Below, one piece after another: positions 17,918 through 28,109 of a stretch of DNA of 39,841 nucleotides. The notes below the pieces were generated by a model, which was not told the DNA's origin, searched no databases, and worked only from the letters and a program-made list of their open reading frames with translations. The stretch comes from Betaproteobacteria bacterium. Lineage in GTDB: Bacteria > Pseudomonadota > Gammaproteobacteria > Burkholderiales > SG8-41. Each line of letters starts with the position of its first letter. The first letter of the stretch is position 1. The stretch lies in the NCBI GenBank assembly GCA_016202615.1, contig JACQOI010000200.1, positions 1 through 39,841 of the forward strand, read 5' to 3'. Both the position numbers and the translations under genes were made by a program.

Positions 17918-19630
17918 TCATGACCTCAGCAGCGAATCCCAGTTGCTGGGCAGCTTCACTTCCCGGGTGGTCAGCCGCGTGTACCCCGAGTCCAGAGTCT
18001 TGATGCGGTTGCGCCCCGGGTCCCCGCAGACCACGATGTCGATGTACTCCGGTCCCGGCATGATCTGGATCATGTCATCCGGTCCGACATCGTAGCTCTT
18101 GGGGAAGGTGCCCAGGCGGATCTTCTCCTCGATGCCGTGCACCTCGGCCATCGCGTACTTGAGCTCCCATTCCATGTAGCTGCGCGGGACCTTGGCGTTC
18201 TCGTACACGTACTGCCGGATGTCGTCCTTCGAGTAGCCGGCCTCGGCCAGCACCTTCGCCACCGGCGGCGCCAGCAGGAACACCATGTCGGTGACGAAAC
18301 CGGTGAGTCCGCGTTCGGAGAAAAGCGCCAGCGCGGGCTTGCGGACCGCATCACGGCACATCTGCTCCAACGCGCACTGCGCCCCCGTCTTGTCGTCGCG
18401 CGTGTAAGGCGAGGGCGAGAAGCCCCAGTTCATGGTCGTGTTCACCGAGACCGTGCTGGTGTTGCGGTCGAAGCCCCGCTCCACACGCAGCGGTTCCCAA
18501 GGGTTGAGGTCGTCGTTCTCGGCGAAGGCGAAGCTGATGGGATAGCCGAAGGTGCCCATCTGGTTCTTCGCGGGGCGGTACTCGCCGATGTTGCGGATGA
18601 TGAGGCCCAGGGCGCGCCCCAGCGCGGGGTTGGCGCCGCGCGAGATGAGGCCCGCGCCGGAGTTGAAGCCCAGCTGCTTGACGATGGGGCCGCTGACGAA
18701 GACGTAGGGCACGATGCCCCAGGTCGTGCCGATGTTGTCGAGGTTGAACCGGTCTTCCTGCAAGGCTTCCGCGATGGCGATCAGCAGCGGCATGGTCTGC
18801 GGCTTGCACCCCGCCATGACGCCGTTGGCCGCGATGTTCCACACTGTCGCGCGCAGGTTGGCCTGCGGCAAAACCGCGATGACCTCATCGGGCGAGCGGT
18901 CGCTGTACTTCAGGAACAATTCGACGCGCTCCATCGTCGGCGGCACGATGGGCAGGCCATCGGTCCACTCCTTCTCGTGGAAATGGTCGTTGACCTGCTC
19001 GAAGCTGCCGGTGCAGACGATGGCTTTCGAGTTCCAGACGTCGGCCTTGCCGGGCGCCTGCGACTTGACCGGCTTGGTCAGAGCGCTGACGATCCTTTCG
19101 AACAGCACGTTCTTGACCTTGTCGCGGATTTCCGCATGGTCTACACCCACGGCGCCTGGGTATTCGACTAGGGGCACGTCGGGGACACCTGCGGCCTTGG
19201 CCGCCAGCTGGCCCACGATGTTGAACCCCGGGAGGGTGACGACGGCCGAGGGGATGCCGAGGACCTTCTCCGCTTCTGCTGCAGGCCGCACCGCGGCCGG
19301 TGTGCAGGTCCCTCAGCCACCGTTGCCGGAGATGACGGCGTCTGCGCCCTTTTCCTTCAAGCCCGCGATGATCTGCTGCAGCACTTGGCGCTGGTACGAG
19401 GGCGTGCCCTTGAGCGAGGCGTAGGGCAGCTCGGTGTAGGGGACGATCTTCACGTCGGGGAAGCGTTCCTTGAGCAACTCGCGATAGATGGGGAACATGA
19501 TGTCCCCCTTGAAGTCTTCGTTCCAGACTTCGCACACGGTCTTGCCGTTCAGCGTATCGAGCCTCTTGGCGAGGTTTTTCTGCTGGACGGACTCGCCCCC
19601 GGTGGGGCTGATGACAGCTTGGGATTCCAT
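17918..19630 (-). CDS. UGSC-family selenoprotein (U-G-T-C motif), 570 aa by UGA readthrough at 19315-19313
   Basis: ORF 19313..19630 ends ISGNGG-TGA and continues in frame as GTCTPAAVRPAAEAEK into ORF 17918..19291; UxxC motif; hairpin just 3' of the UGA; WTDGLPIVPPT domain follows. Confidence 0.85.
19279..19312 (-). promoter_or_regulatory. Putative bacterial SECIS element
   Basis: After the UGA: GGGACCTGCA-CACCG-GCCG-CGGTG-CGGCCTGCAG; 5-bp upper stem and a G-initiated tetraloop starting 16 nt after the UGA. Confidence 0.55.
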
Positions 19631-19745
19631 GGGGTGTTCTTTTCGTTGGCTGTAGAGGGCTGTGACGATTCATGCTAGACCGTGGCCGCGCGGGAAAAGG
19701 CGAGGCCGCGGAAAACTCCATTCGCTTTTTCTGCTACTTCTTCCC

Positions 19746-20732
19746 CTATTTCGCCGCCTGCCCCTTGACCCCGGCCTGCTTCGCAATCGCGTTCCACTTT
19801 GCCACCTGCCCGCGCACATAGGCCGAGGCCTCTTCGGGCGTGCTGGTGGTGGCCGATGTCTTCGCCGAGCTGGCCAGGCGCTCGACGGTGGCGGGCTGCG
19901 TGAGCACCTTGCGAAAAGCCGCATTGAGCTGGTTGACGATCTCCCTTGACGTGCCCGCGGGCACAAGGATGGCGTACCACACGGAGTCGCCCATGCTGGG
20001 AAAGCCAGCTTCGGCCATCGTGGGCACATCGGCAAGACCCGGATGGCGCCCGTCGCCGGTAACCCCGAGCGCTTTCACCTTGTTGGCCTTGATCTGCGGC
20101 TCGGCGGCGGGCATGGCGACCAGTGACATCTGGATCTCGCCCGACATGATCGCGGTCAGCGCTTCCGGCGTGCCCTTGAAGGGAACATGAACGATGTCCA
20201 GCCCGCGTTCGCTCTTCAGCAGTTCGCCCGTGAGGTGGCCGATGCTGCCGACACCGGCGGACGCGTAGTTCAGCTTTCCCGGACTGGCCTTCGCCATAGC
20301 CACGAGTTCGGCCATCGAATTCGCCGGGAACGAAGACGACACGACCAGCACCAATTTTTGCAGGCCCATCATGGTGACGGCCTCGAAATCCTTCACCGGG
20401 TCGAAAGGCAGCTCCATGAGGCTGGGCAGTACCGAAAAGCTCAGGCTCGCGAGGAAAAGCGTGTATCCGTCGGGGCGCGACTTCGCCGCGAAGTTGGCGC
20501 CGATGCTGCCCCCCGCGCCGGGCTTGTTCTCGACCACCACCGGCTGGCCCAAGGCCTCGCGCAGCGCGGGCGCCATCGCGCGCGCCGTCAGGTCGCTGCC
20601 GCTGCCGGCGGGAAAAGGCGAGACCAGCGTCACCAGCCGGCTCGGAAATGCCTGGGCCAGCGAAGGACCGGCCGGAAGGGCGAAAATGGCGGCGCTGCAC
20701 AAGAGCGCGGCCAGGAATGATTTGCGTCGCAC
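19746..20732 (-). CDS. Bug/TctC substrate-binding protein
   Basis: FPSRLVTLVSPFPAGSGSD, VENKPGAGG, HVPFKG; GTG start at 20732 after AGGAG. The track's 677-aa extension is antisense to the racemase. Confidence 0.9.
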   Translation of the reverse strand: MRRKSFLAALLCSAAIFALPAGPSLAQAFPSRLVTLVSPFPAGSGSDLTARAMAPALREALGQPVVVENKPGAGGSIGANFAAKSRPDGYTLFLASLSFSVLPSLMELPFDPVKDFEAVTMMGLQKLVLVVSSSFPANSMAELVAMAKASPGKLNYASAGVGSIGHLTGELLKSERGLDIVHVPFKGTPEALTAIMSGEIQMSLVAMPAAEPQIKANKVKALGVTGDGRHPGLADVPTMAEAGFPSMGDSVWYAILVPAGTSREIVNQLNAAFRKVLTQPATVERLASSAKTSATTSTPEEASAYVRGQVAKWNAIAKQAGVKGQAAK

Positions 20733-21002
20733 GGGGAAGTCTCCTCTAAAGTCATTCGTCGGCCGCTGCCAAGGTAGGTGGGTCCAGGGATGACGTAAAG
20801 CAGCTGCCCCTGAAAACATTGTTTGTATTAACCGAATGAGCCTACGCCGAAGTTGGAGCCTCCGGGCGGGTAGCACACGACCAGCCGGACGCCAGGGTGG
20901 GCGTGAAGTCACTTTTCGCAATTTCCGAATGCGCCGGGCGCCCGTCGCGCCTACCATCTCAAGCACCCCCGAGCTTTTTGGGCCACCGGCCCACGCGAAG
21001 GA

Positions 21003-21851
21003 ATGCGATTGCGAATCTGGCACCAGAGCTTCACCGACCTCGATGCGTTTCCCCTTTACCGCGAAACGCTGCGCGAGCACGGGCGCCGAGTGATGGAAGG
21101 CGAGGCGGAGGTCGTCGTCCACGGCCTGCGCCCGGGCACCTACCCGGCCGGCATTGCGCCGATGGACGTGAACAGCATCGGTGGCCTGCGCATGCTCAAC
21201 GAACAGCAGGTCTGCGAAGCCGCCCTGGCCGCCGAGGCCGCCGGCTACGACGCGCTCGCGCTGGGCTGTTTCTTCGACCCCGCGCTGCACCAGGCGCGAT
21301 CGCTGGTCAACATCCCGGTGGTGAGCCTGACGGAATCGTGCATGCTGACCGCGTGCTCGCTGGGCCGGCGCTTTGCGGTAATCTCGCTCACCGATTTCCA
21401 GAAAATGTTGACGGAAGACCTCGCTGCGTCCTATGGTCTCGCCGGGCGGATGGCGGGAGTGGTCGCGATGTCTCCTGCCGTACGCCTGTTCGACCTGGAA
21501 GGCAGCGGCGCCGTCGTCGAGTCGATCAAGGAGCGTTTCGTCGCCTCCTGCCGTGCGGCGCTGCAGCTCGGCGCGGAGGTCATCATCCCCGGCGACGGCG
21601 TGCTCAACGAGTTCCTGGTGCGCCATCGCATGCTGTCCGTGAACGGCGCGGTAGTGCTCGACTCGCTCGGCGTCCTTTTCCATCATGCGGCGTTCTTCGC
21701 GCGGGCGAGAGCCAGCGGCAGCCTTGACGTTAGCCGGCGGTTGTTGTACGCCAAGCCCACTCAACCGATGCTCGCGCACTCACAACAGTTCTTTGCCGCG
21801 CTGCAGCGCGTCGAGCAGGAGTTTTCAGGGAGCGCACCTACACCGCTCTGA
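21003..21851 (+). CDS. Asp/Glu/hydantoin racemase family protein
   Basis: AEAAGYDALALGCFFDPAL..ARSLVNIPVV; paralogue of 12952..13758 (shared RIWHQSFT). Confidence 0.82.
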   Translation: MRLRIWHQSFTDLDAFPLYRETLREHGRRVMEGEAEVVVHGLRPGTYPAGIAPMDVNSIGGLRMLNEQQVCEAALAAEAAGYDALALGCFFDPALHQARSLVNIPVVSLTESCMLTACSLGRRFAVISLTDFQKMLTEDLAASYGLAGRMAGVVAMSPAVRLFDLEGSGAVVESIKERFVASCRAALQLGAEVIIPGDGVLNEFLVRHRMLSVNGAVVLDSLGVLFHHAAFFARARASGSLDVSRRLLYAKPTQPMLAHSQQFFAALQRVEQEFSGSAPTPL

Positions 21852-21914
21852 CAGGCGGCGGGACAGACTTTGACACACGTTTTATATTCAACTAAGAGTG
21901 GAGGAGCAGAGAAC

Positions 21915-22883
21915 ATGGCACGATTGATTATTGCTTCACTGGTGTTCGTGTGTGCGGCGATGGCCTCCGCGAGCGCCGTCGCCCAGGACTGGCCGTCGCG
22001 ACCCATCAGATGGGTGAACCCGTATGCCGCAGGGGGCGCCTCGGACATTCTTACGCGGCTGGTGGGGGGTCAAAAACTCGCCGAACGGATAGGCCAGCCG
22101 GTGATTACCGAAACCAGAACCGGGGCCGGCGGGACCATCGGCACGGATTTCGTCGCGAAGTCTCAGCCGGATGGCTACACGATGCTCGTATGCAATATCG
22201 GCCCGATGGCCATTAATCCAAGCCTCTTCAAGAACCTGCCGTACGACCCTCAGAAAGATCTGGTGCCCATCACGCTGCTGATGGCGTACGGCGTCGTAAT
22301 TGTTGTGCACCCCTCAGTGCCAGTGTATTCGCTGAAAGAACTCATTGCTCTTGCAAAGAGCAAGCCGATGCCCTTCGCCGGCAATGCCGTCGGCACCTCC
22401 AGTCATCTTGCCGGTGAGTTGCTTGCCCGGGCCGCGCAGATCAAGCTGCTGCACATTCCGTTCAGGGGTGGGCCGGACGGCCTCCTTGCCACGATGACGG
22501 GTACGGTCCCAATGGCGGTGGGCGATATTGCTCCGACCTTACCGTTCATCCGAAGCGGGAAACTACGAGCGCTGGTAGTCACCTCACGTGAACGATCGCC
22601 ATTAATGCCGGACATACCCACTGTGATAGAGGCTGGCCTCCCCGGCTTCGAGGTGACCGGCTGGGTCGGCGTCTGTCTGCCTAAGAACACGCCGGCGTCG
22701 ATCGTTACCCGTCTGGCTCAGGAGTTCTCAACCATCATGGGCATGCCTGATGTGCGGAAGGCCGTGACCGAGATGGGTGCGTACGTCCCGACGCTAGGAC
22801 CAGGGTTCTTCGGCGAGTTTATACGCTCGGAGATTACGAAATGGCGTCAGGTCATCGAGGCTGCGAATATCAAGGTGGAGTAA
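21915..22883 (+). CDS. Bug/TctC substrate-binding protein
   Basis: WPSRPIRWVNPYAAGGASD, PDGYT, HIPFRG; ATG at 21915 after GGAGG. Confidence 0.92.
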   Translation: MARLIIASLVFVCAAMASASAVAQDWPSRPIRWVNPYAAGGASDILTRLVGGQKLAERIGQPVITETRTGAGGTIGTDFVAKSQPDGYTMLVCNIGPMAINPSLFKNLPYDPQKDLVPITLLMAYGVVIVVHPSVPVYSLKELIALAKSKPMPFAGNAVGTSSHLAGELLARAAQIKLLHIPFRGGPDGLLATMTGTVPMAVGDIAPTLPFIRSGKLRALVVTSRERSPLMPDIPTVIEAGLPGFEVTGWVGVCLPKNTPASIVTRLAQEFSTIMGMPDVRKAVTEMGAYVPTLGPGFFGEFIRSEITKWRQVIEAANIKVE

Positions 22884-22908
22884 GACCACCACGTATAAGG
22901 AATGAGAT

Positions 22909-24513
22909 ATGCAAGTGATGACCGCTCGGGACGCGGTAGAGCTGGTGAAATCCGGCGACACCGTCGTCATCGGGGGCGTTGTCTCTTTGGTCACGCCGGA
23001 GGCAACAGTGCGCGCCCTCGGTGATCGCTTTCGACGAACAGGCTTTCCGCGCGATTTGACTCTCATCTGCCCGAACCGAATCGGTTGGTCGTCAGAGCTC
23101 GGACCGCACGGTCTGGAGCACCTGGCCCACAAGGGGATGGTGAAGCGCCTGTTAGCATCGAGTTTCAGCGCGAAGGTGTCCCCGGGATTCGTCAAACTTG
23201 TCATGGATGGAGAAATCGAGACCCAGGTCGTTCCGATGGGGGTGCTCTTCCGATGGTTGAGAGAGTGCACGGCAAAGTCGCCGGGCCTGCTCACCGAAGT
23301 AGGTATTGGTACCTTCTTCGATCCTGCCGGGCGGATGCGGGCTGGCGCTGAGAACAAGGAACGCGATGCTTCTTCCCGCCAGTTTGCCAAGCGCGTCACC
23401 GTTGACGAAACCGAATGCATCTTCATGCCTAGCATGCTTATCGACGTCGCTCTGATAAGGGGAACGGTCGCAGACGTGGACGGAAATATCAGCCTTACCG
23501 GCGAACCGATTAGTGCAGGCGTCAGGCAGATGGCAATGGCAGCGAAAACCTCCGGCGGCAAAGTCATTGCGGTCGTCAAGACATTGACTGATCGCGGCAC
23601 GTTGCATCCCAGGATGGTGGAGGTTCCGGGAATATTTGTCGATGCCGTGGTCGTGGACAGCCAGGCGATACAAACGCAATGTTCCTACGAACCGGCATTC
23701 ACCGGTGAGATCCGTACCCCCGCGCCGCCGCTACCTCAGTTGCCGATGAGTTGCCAGAAAGTGATTCTCCGGAGGGCAGCCCTTGAACTTGCAAAGGGTG
23801 ACGTCGTCAACCTTGGTTTCGGAATGGGAACGCAGCTTCCAGGACTTGCCCATGAGGAGGGCTTCCTGAACGACATCACGTTCAGTATCGAGCATGGCGC
23901 GCTCGGCGGAGTGCCGGCCGCGGGCGGTTTTGATGGCGCCTTTGGAGCGCATTACAACCCGCACGCCATCATCGACTCGACCGATGTCTTCGACTTTTAC
24001 CATGGCGGTGGACTCAATGCGGCGGTGCTCGGGTTTGCCGAAGTAGACGCACTCGGCAACGTGAACGTAGGAGGAAACTACAGTGGCTCGATTCGCGGCC
24101 CTGGCGGCTTCGTCGACATCACGCACCGCACTCGCAAGGTGCTCATTTGCGGCACGCTGACCAGCGGGGGTCTCGAAGCGCGGTTCAACGGGAGGGGCGG
24201 GACAGAAGCTGACATTCGCATCCTGCGGGAAGGAAGGCACAGGAAGTTTCCGCGACAGGTCGAACACATCGATCTGTACGGTGCCGGCTCGCTCGAGCGC
24301 GGTCAACGCCTGCTGGTAATCACTGAACGCTGCGTGTTCGAGTTAAGAAAGCCGGGCCTTACGTTGATCGAAGTGGCACGCGGTGTTGATATAACGAGAG
24401 ATGTTAAACCGCAGCTAGATTTCGATCTGCGGATCGCAGAGGAACTTCGGACAATGCCCGCGGCGGTTTTCCAGGATGGACAGATGGGGCTGCGCTTGAA
24501 GGACGAAAAATGA
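22909..24513 (+). CDS. Fused family I CoA-transferase (YdiF/propionate CoA-transferase-like)
   Basis: PGLLTEVGIGTFFDP, IDVALIRGT.AD.DGNIS, VNLGFG, catalytic SIEHG, GPGGFVDI, ITERCVF. Confidence 0.9.
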   Translation: MQVMTARDAVELVKSGDTVVIGGVVSLVTPEATVRALGDRFRRTGFPRDLTLICPNRIGWSSELGPHGLEHLAHKGMVKRLLASSFSAKVSPGFVKLVMDGEIETQVVPMGVLFRWLRECTAKSPGLLTEVGIGTFFDPAGRMRAGAENKERDASSRQFAKRVTVDETECIFMPSMLIDVALIRGTVADVDGNISLTGEPISAGVRQMAMAAKTSGGKVIAVVKTLTDRGTLHPRMVEVPGIFVDAVVVDSQAIQTQCSYEPAFTGEIRTPAPPLPQLPMSCQKVILRRAALELAKGDVVNLGFGMGTQLPGLAHEEGFLNDITFSIEHGALGGVPAAGGFDGAFGAHYNPHAIIDSTDVFDFYHGGGLNAAVLGFAEVDALGNVNVGGNYSGSIRGPGGFVDITHRTRKVLICGTLTSGGLEARFNGRGGTEADIRILREGRHRKFPRQVEHIDLYGAGSLERGQRLLVITERCVFELRKPGLTLIEVARGVDITRDVKPQLDFDLRIAEELRTMPAAVFQDGQMGLRLKDEK

Positions 24514-24719
24514 AGATGCTTGGTGAAGCACCATTGCGCCCGCACAATCGAGCTCGTGGAACATTCGTCAAGGTCGATAGGATCGTTCAACCCGCACCCG
24601 CGCCGCGCTTCAGCCGGACGCCTTCGAAGAAGCCGGCGTCCCTAGAGCCCCCCGGCGCCAGTACGCTCACGGCGCTGACTGACTGGCGCTTTCCCGAAGC
24701 TGATTATGTGTTGTTTTAA
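24510..24719 (+). pseudogene. C-terminal remnant of a CaiB/BaiF (alpha-methylacyl-CoA racemase-like) gene
   Basis: EAPLRPHNRARGTFVKVD.IVQPAPAPRFSRTP matches the family C-terminus; the rest is absent. Confidence 0.75.
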
Positions 24720-24843
24720 TTAGTTTCCCCCGGCATCGCTTAAAGCATTTCGCTGGCGGCGGGTCTGGTATATGCTTACAGCGCTCGGGAGGACTCTCGG
24801 CAGCGCCGCAGGGCGCCGTGTTCCACGCTCCGCAACCCGCACG

Positions 24844-25788
24844 ATGGAAGCACCGGAAAACGATCTGACCATATTGTTCGTCGACGTGAGCGACAGCGTG
24901 CGGCTTTACGAGTCGCTCGGCGATGCCGTTGCGTTCCGCGAAGTGCGCGAATGCCTGACGGTGTTCGAGGAGGTCGCCGCGGGCCACCACGGCCGGGTGG
25001 TAAAAACCATCGGCGACGGCTCAATGTGTGTTTTTCCCGACGTCGACTCGGCCATGCTTGCCGCCTGTGAGATGCAGGCGCGCCTGCAGCAACGCACGAT
25101 GCCGCACGACCGGCAGATCGAGATCCGCATCGGGTTGCACCACGGCCCGGTGCTGCTCGAGGGTGACGATGTTTACGGCGACACCGTCAATACCGCTTCA
25201 CGCATGGCGCAGTTCGCCGCCGCCGGCCAGATCATTACCACCGGCGAAACGGTGGCGCAGTTGTCGCCGGCCCACCGCAACGCGACACGGCGGCTCGATG
25301 CGTTGCCGGTCAAGGGCAAGCACGACGAAGTGACGGTGCACGAAGTGTTGTGGCAGGCCAGCACCGATCACACTCAAATGCCGGGACGCATCGACACCAT
25401 CATCCAGCGGGCGGGCATCGCACGGCTGCGGCTGCTGCATGCCGGCCGTGAAATCATCGTCGTCGCCTCGATCACCATGGGACGCCACGCCAACAACGGC
25501 ATCGTACTCAAGGACCCGATGGCGTCGCGCCATCATGCCTTTATCGAGCGTCGCAAGGACAAATTCGTGATCGGCGACCAGAGTTCCAACGGCACTTTTG
25601 TCGCCATGAAAAACGGCGAGGAGTTCAAGCTGCGGCGCGAAGAGATGGTCCTCTACGGCAGCGGCGCGATTACTTTCGGGCATCGCGCGCGCGACAAGGA
25701 CGCCGAGATCGTCGGTTTCTGGTGCGAATCGAAGAATAACGCCGACACGCCGCCGCCCGCCAACCCGCCCTCTAACGGGGCATCCTGA
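24844..25788 (+). CDS. Class III adenylate cyclase with C-terminal FHA domain
   Basis: ILFVDV, VKTIGD, RIGLHHG, DVYGDTVNTASR; FHA motifs GR...SRHH...SSNGT. The start could instead be 24772. Confidence 0.88.
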   Translation: MEAPENDLTILFVDVSDSVRLYESLGDAVAFREVRECLTVFEEVAAGHHGRVVKTIGDGSMCVFPDVDSAMLAACEMQARLQQRTMPHDRQIEIRIGLHHGPVLLEGDDVYGDTVNTASRMAQFAAAGQIITTGETVAQLSPAHRNATRRLDALPVKGKHDEVTVHEVLWQASTDHTQMPGRIDTIIQRAGIARLRLLHAGREIIVVASITMGRHANNGIVLKDPMASRHHAFIERRKDKFVIGDQSSNGTFVAMKNGEEFKLRREEMVLYGSGAITFGHRARDKDAEIVGFWCESKNNADTPPPANPPSNGAS

Positions 25789-25869
25789 TCGAATCAGGCG
25801 GGCGGTGGCCCTTGCTCGCTGCTGCGTCTCATGATTCGGGCCCAGATCAGGCTGGACTTTCCCGCATTC

Positions 25870-26832
25870 TTATTGGGTCGTAATGCCAGCCGACCTGATG
25901 ACCTCTGCCCAGCGTGGAAGTTCGTTGCGTATCAGTTTGGAAAATTCTTCCGGGCTGCTGCCCACCGCTTCACCGCCCTGTGTGATAAACCGCTCCTTCA
26001 CGGACGGCACCGCAATCGCTTTAACCACTTCGGCATGCAGCTTGTTGACAACCGCCTTCGGCATTCCCGCCGGCCCCACCAAGCCGTACCAGGCATAAAT
26101 TGTCATGCCGGAGACGCCCGCTTCACTCATCGATGGCACATTGGGCATTGATGGCGCACGCTTGCCGTCAGTCGTAACCGCCAAGGCGCGCAACTTGCCG
26201 CTGTTGACGTACGCGAGCACGGTTGGGATCGTGGAGATCAGCATTTCAACTTGGCCGCCAAGCACCGCGGGGACCACCTCGCCGGCCCCTTTGTACGGGA
26301 TGTGTGCGACGTTGACCTTGGCCGCTATTTTAAAAAGTTCAGCCATCAAGTGATTTAAGCCACCGGCGCCGGCTGACCCGTAGTTGAATTTTCCGGGATT
26401 CGCCTGCGCGAGCGCAACGAATTCCTTGAGCGTACTGGCTTTAAGCGAGGGGTGCACCACGAGCACATTGGGGGCGCCTATGATCTGCGTAATCGGGGCG
26501 AAATCCTTGGCGACATCAAACGGGAGCGACTTGAACAAGCCGGGCACGATCGTGGTACTAGTATCGGCCAGCATCAGCGTATACCCGTCCGGCGCTGATC
26601 TGACGACCATCCCGTTAGCAATGGTACCGCTTGCGCCTGTGCGATTGTCGACAACGAACGATTTCCCGAGCTGTTCCGATAGTTGCAGCGAAATCACTCG
26701 AGCGGTGAAATCGGTGCTGCCGCCGGGCGCGAAGGGCACTATCACGCGCACCGCCTTACTGGGATAAACTTCGGCGCCAAAGCACAGCGAAGCTCCAAAC
26801 AACGTCAATACAAACAACAAAGCGTTACGCAT
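25870..26832 (-). CDS. Bug/TctC substrate-binding protein
   Basis: YPSKAVRVIVPFAPGGSTD, HIPYKG; start at 26832 after GAGGAG. Confidence 0.92.
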   Translation of the reverse strand: MRNALLFVLTLFGASLCFGAEVYPSKAVRVIVPFAPGGSTDFTARVISLQLSEQLGKSFVVDNRTGASGTIANGMVVRSAPDGYTLMLADTSTTIVPGLFKSLPFDVAKDFAPITQIIGAPNVLVVHPSLKASTLKEFVALAQANPGKFNYGSAGAGGLNHLMAELFKIAAKVNVAHIPYKGAGEVVPAVLGGQVEMLISTIPTVLAYVNSGKLRALAVTTDGKRAPSMPNVPSMSEAGVSGMTIYAWYGLVGPAGMPKAVVNKLHAEVVKAIAVPSVKERFITQGGEAVGSSPEEFSKLIRNELPRWAEVIRSAGITTQ

Positions 26833-26944
26833 GATTTTCCTCCTCTTGGACAACCGTGTGTGCCAGGCACGCCGACACTTCATACAACCATTAGTACGAT
26901 GCCACAACCCCAGGCAAATAGCGCATGACTCGATTTTTTTTGGC

Positions 26945-27032
26945 GAATTTTTCCCGCTTGCCTGCCTTGACGCAAGGGGGGTAGAGTATAGCCCTGTTGG
27001 TGGCATCATGGTGATGGCCGCCTGAGTAGTTA
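26945..27032 (+). promoter_or_regulatory. 88-bp promoter/leader cassette, copy A
   Basis: TTGCCT-N18-TAGAGT, then hairpin GGTGGCATCATGGTGATGGCCGCC; inverted copy at 29057-29144. Confidence 0.7.
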
Positions 27033-27052
27033 CCCTGAAAAGGAGCCGTAAT

Positions 27053-28012
27053 TTGAAAACCCTTTTTCTCTTTCTCGTGATTGCCGGCGCGACTCAACTC
27101 GCATCCGCGCAAGAATATCCCAGCAAGGCGATACGCGTCATCATTCCGTTCAGCCCGGGCAGTGGGCTGGACGTCCTCGGCCGTCTCCTTACGCCCAAGC
27201 TGCACGAGGCGACGAGACAGCCCGTGATAGCGGAAAATCGCGCCGGCGGGGCCGGCAGGATCGGCCACGAGGCCGTCGCCAAAGCTGCCCCCGACGGCTA
27301 CACGCTTCTGCTGACGGCCGTGGGACCGCTTATCCATACTCCGATACTCTACCCCCAAACGCCGTTTGATCCGCTCAAGGACTTCGCGGCAATCAGCCTG
27401 TTCGTCACGGGGCCGCTGGTGATCGTCGTGCATCCGTCGATACCAGTGAAGAACGTGAAGGAACTGGTGGATTTCGCCAAGAAACGGCCCGGACAGCTTA
27501 ACTTCGGCTCAACCGGCGTGGGCAGCGTCAACCACCTTCTCGGCGAGATGCTCAATCTCCTCACTGGCACCAAGATTGTGCATGTGCCGTACAAAGGCGG
27601 CGCAGACGCGCTCACCGAGCTGCTCGGAGGACAGGTGGAAATGGTCATGACCGGCGTTTCGCCGGTGATTCCGCACGCCAAAGCCGGAAAACTTCGCGTG
27701 ATTGTCACCACCGGCCGACAGCGCATGCCGAATATGCCCGAGGTGCCGACGATGGCGGAGTCCGGTCTCCCGGAGGCCGAAATTGTGATCTGGTACGGCG
27801 CCGTTGCGCCCGCAGCAACGCCCAAGCACATCATCGGCCGGCTTAACCGCGAGATCGTGAAGGTGATGAATTTGCCCGATCTGCGCGAACGGTATGCCCA
27901 GCAGAGCGTCGTTCCGGAGACGAATTCCCCTGAGCAGTTCGCGCAGCTCATCCGCGACGAATATGCGCGCTGGACCAAGGTCATCCGCACCGCAAGAATC
28001 AAACTCGAATGA
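27053..28012 (+). CDS. Bug/TctC substrate-binding protein
   Basis: YPSKAIRVIIPFSPGSGLD, APDGYT, HVPYKG; TTG start after AGGAG. Confidence 0.92.
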   Translation: MKTLFLFLVIAGATQLASAQEYPSKAIRVIIPFSPGSGLDVLGRLLTPKLHEATRQPVIAENRAGGAGRIGHEAVAKAAPDGYTLLLTAVGPLIHTPILYPQTPFDPLKDFAAISLFVTGPLVIVVHPSIPVKNVKELVDFAKKRPGQLNFGSTGVGSVNHLLGEMLNLLTGTKIVHVPYKGGADALTELLGGQVEMVMTGVSPVIPHAKAGKLRVIVTTGRQRMPNMPEVPTMAESGLPEAEIVIWYGAVAPAATPKHIIGRLNREIVKVMNLPDLRERYAQQSVVPETNSPEQFAQLIRDEYARWTKVIRTARIKLE

Positions 28013-28051
28013 GCCGGTTGATGACCAGCCGAGGTAGCGAACGAGGTGCTC

Positions 28052-28096
28052 CTAGGAGTTTGTCGGACTTAGCCCCGACGAACTCCTAACGCAAAA
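28052..28096 (+). mobile_element. Solo left end (hairpin) of the CTAG MITE family
   Basis: CTAGGAGTTTGTCGGACTTAGCCCCGACGAACTCCTAACGCAAAA matches 10075-10119; lies between convergent genes. Confidence 0.8.
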
Positions 28097-28109
28097 GCGG
28101 CCCGCTGAG

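Noticed and set aside
20733-21779. N-terminal extension making a 677-aa Bug fusion
   Set aside because: It is the antisense shadow of the racemase gene; the RBS and signal peptide place the start at 20732.
27022-27040. Cassette breakpoint after GTTA as an integron attI core
   Set aside because: The following bases (GTTACCC, GTTATGA) fit GTTRRRY poorly, no attC follows the genes and no integrase is visible.
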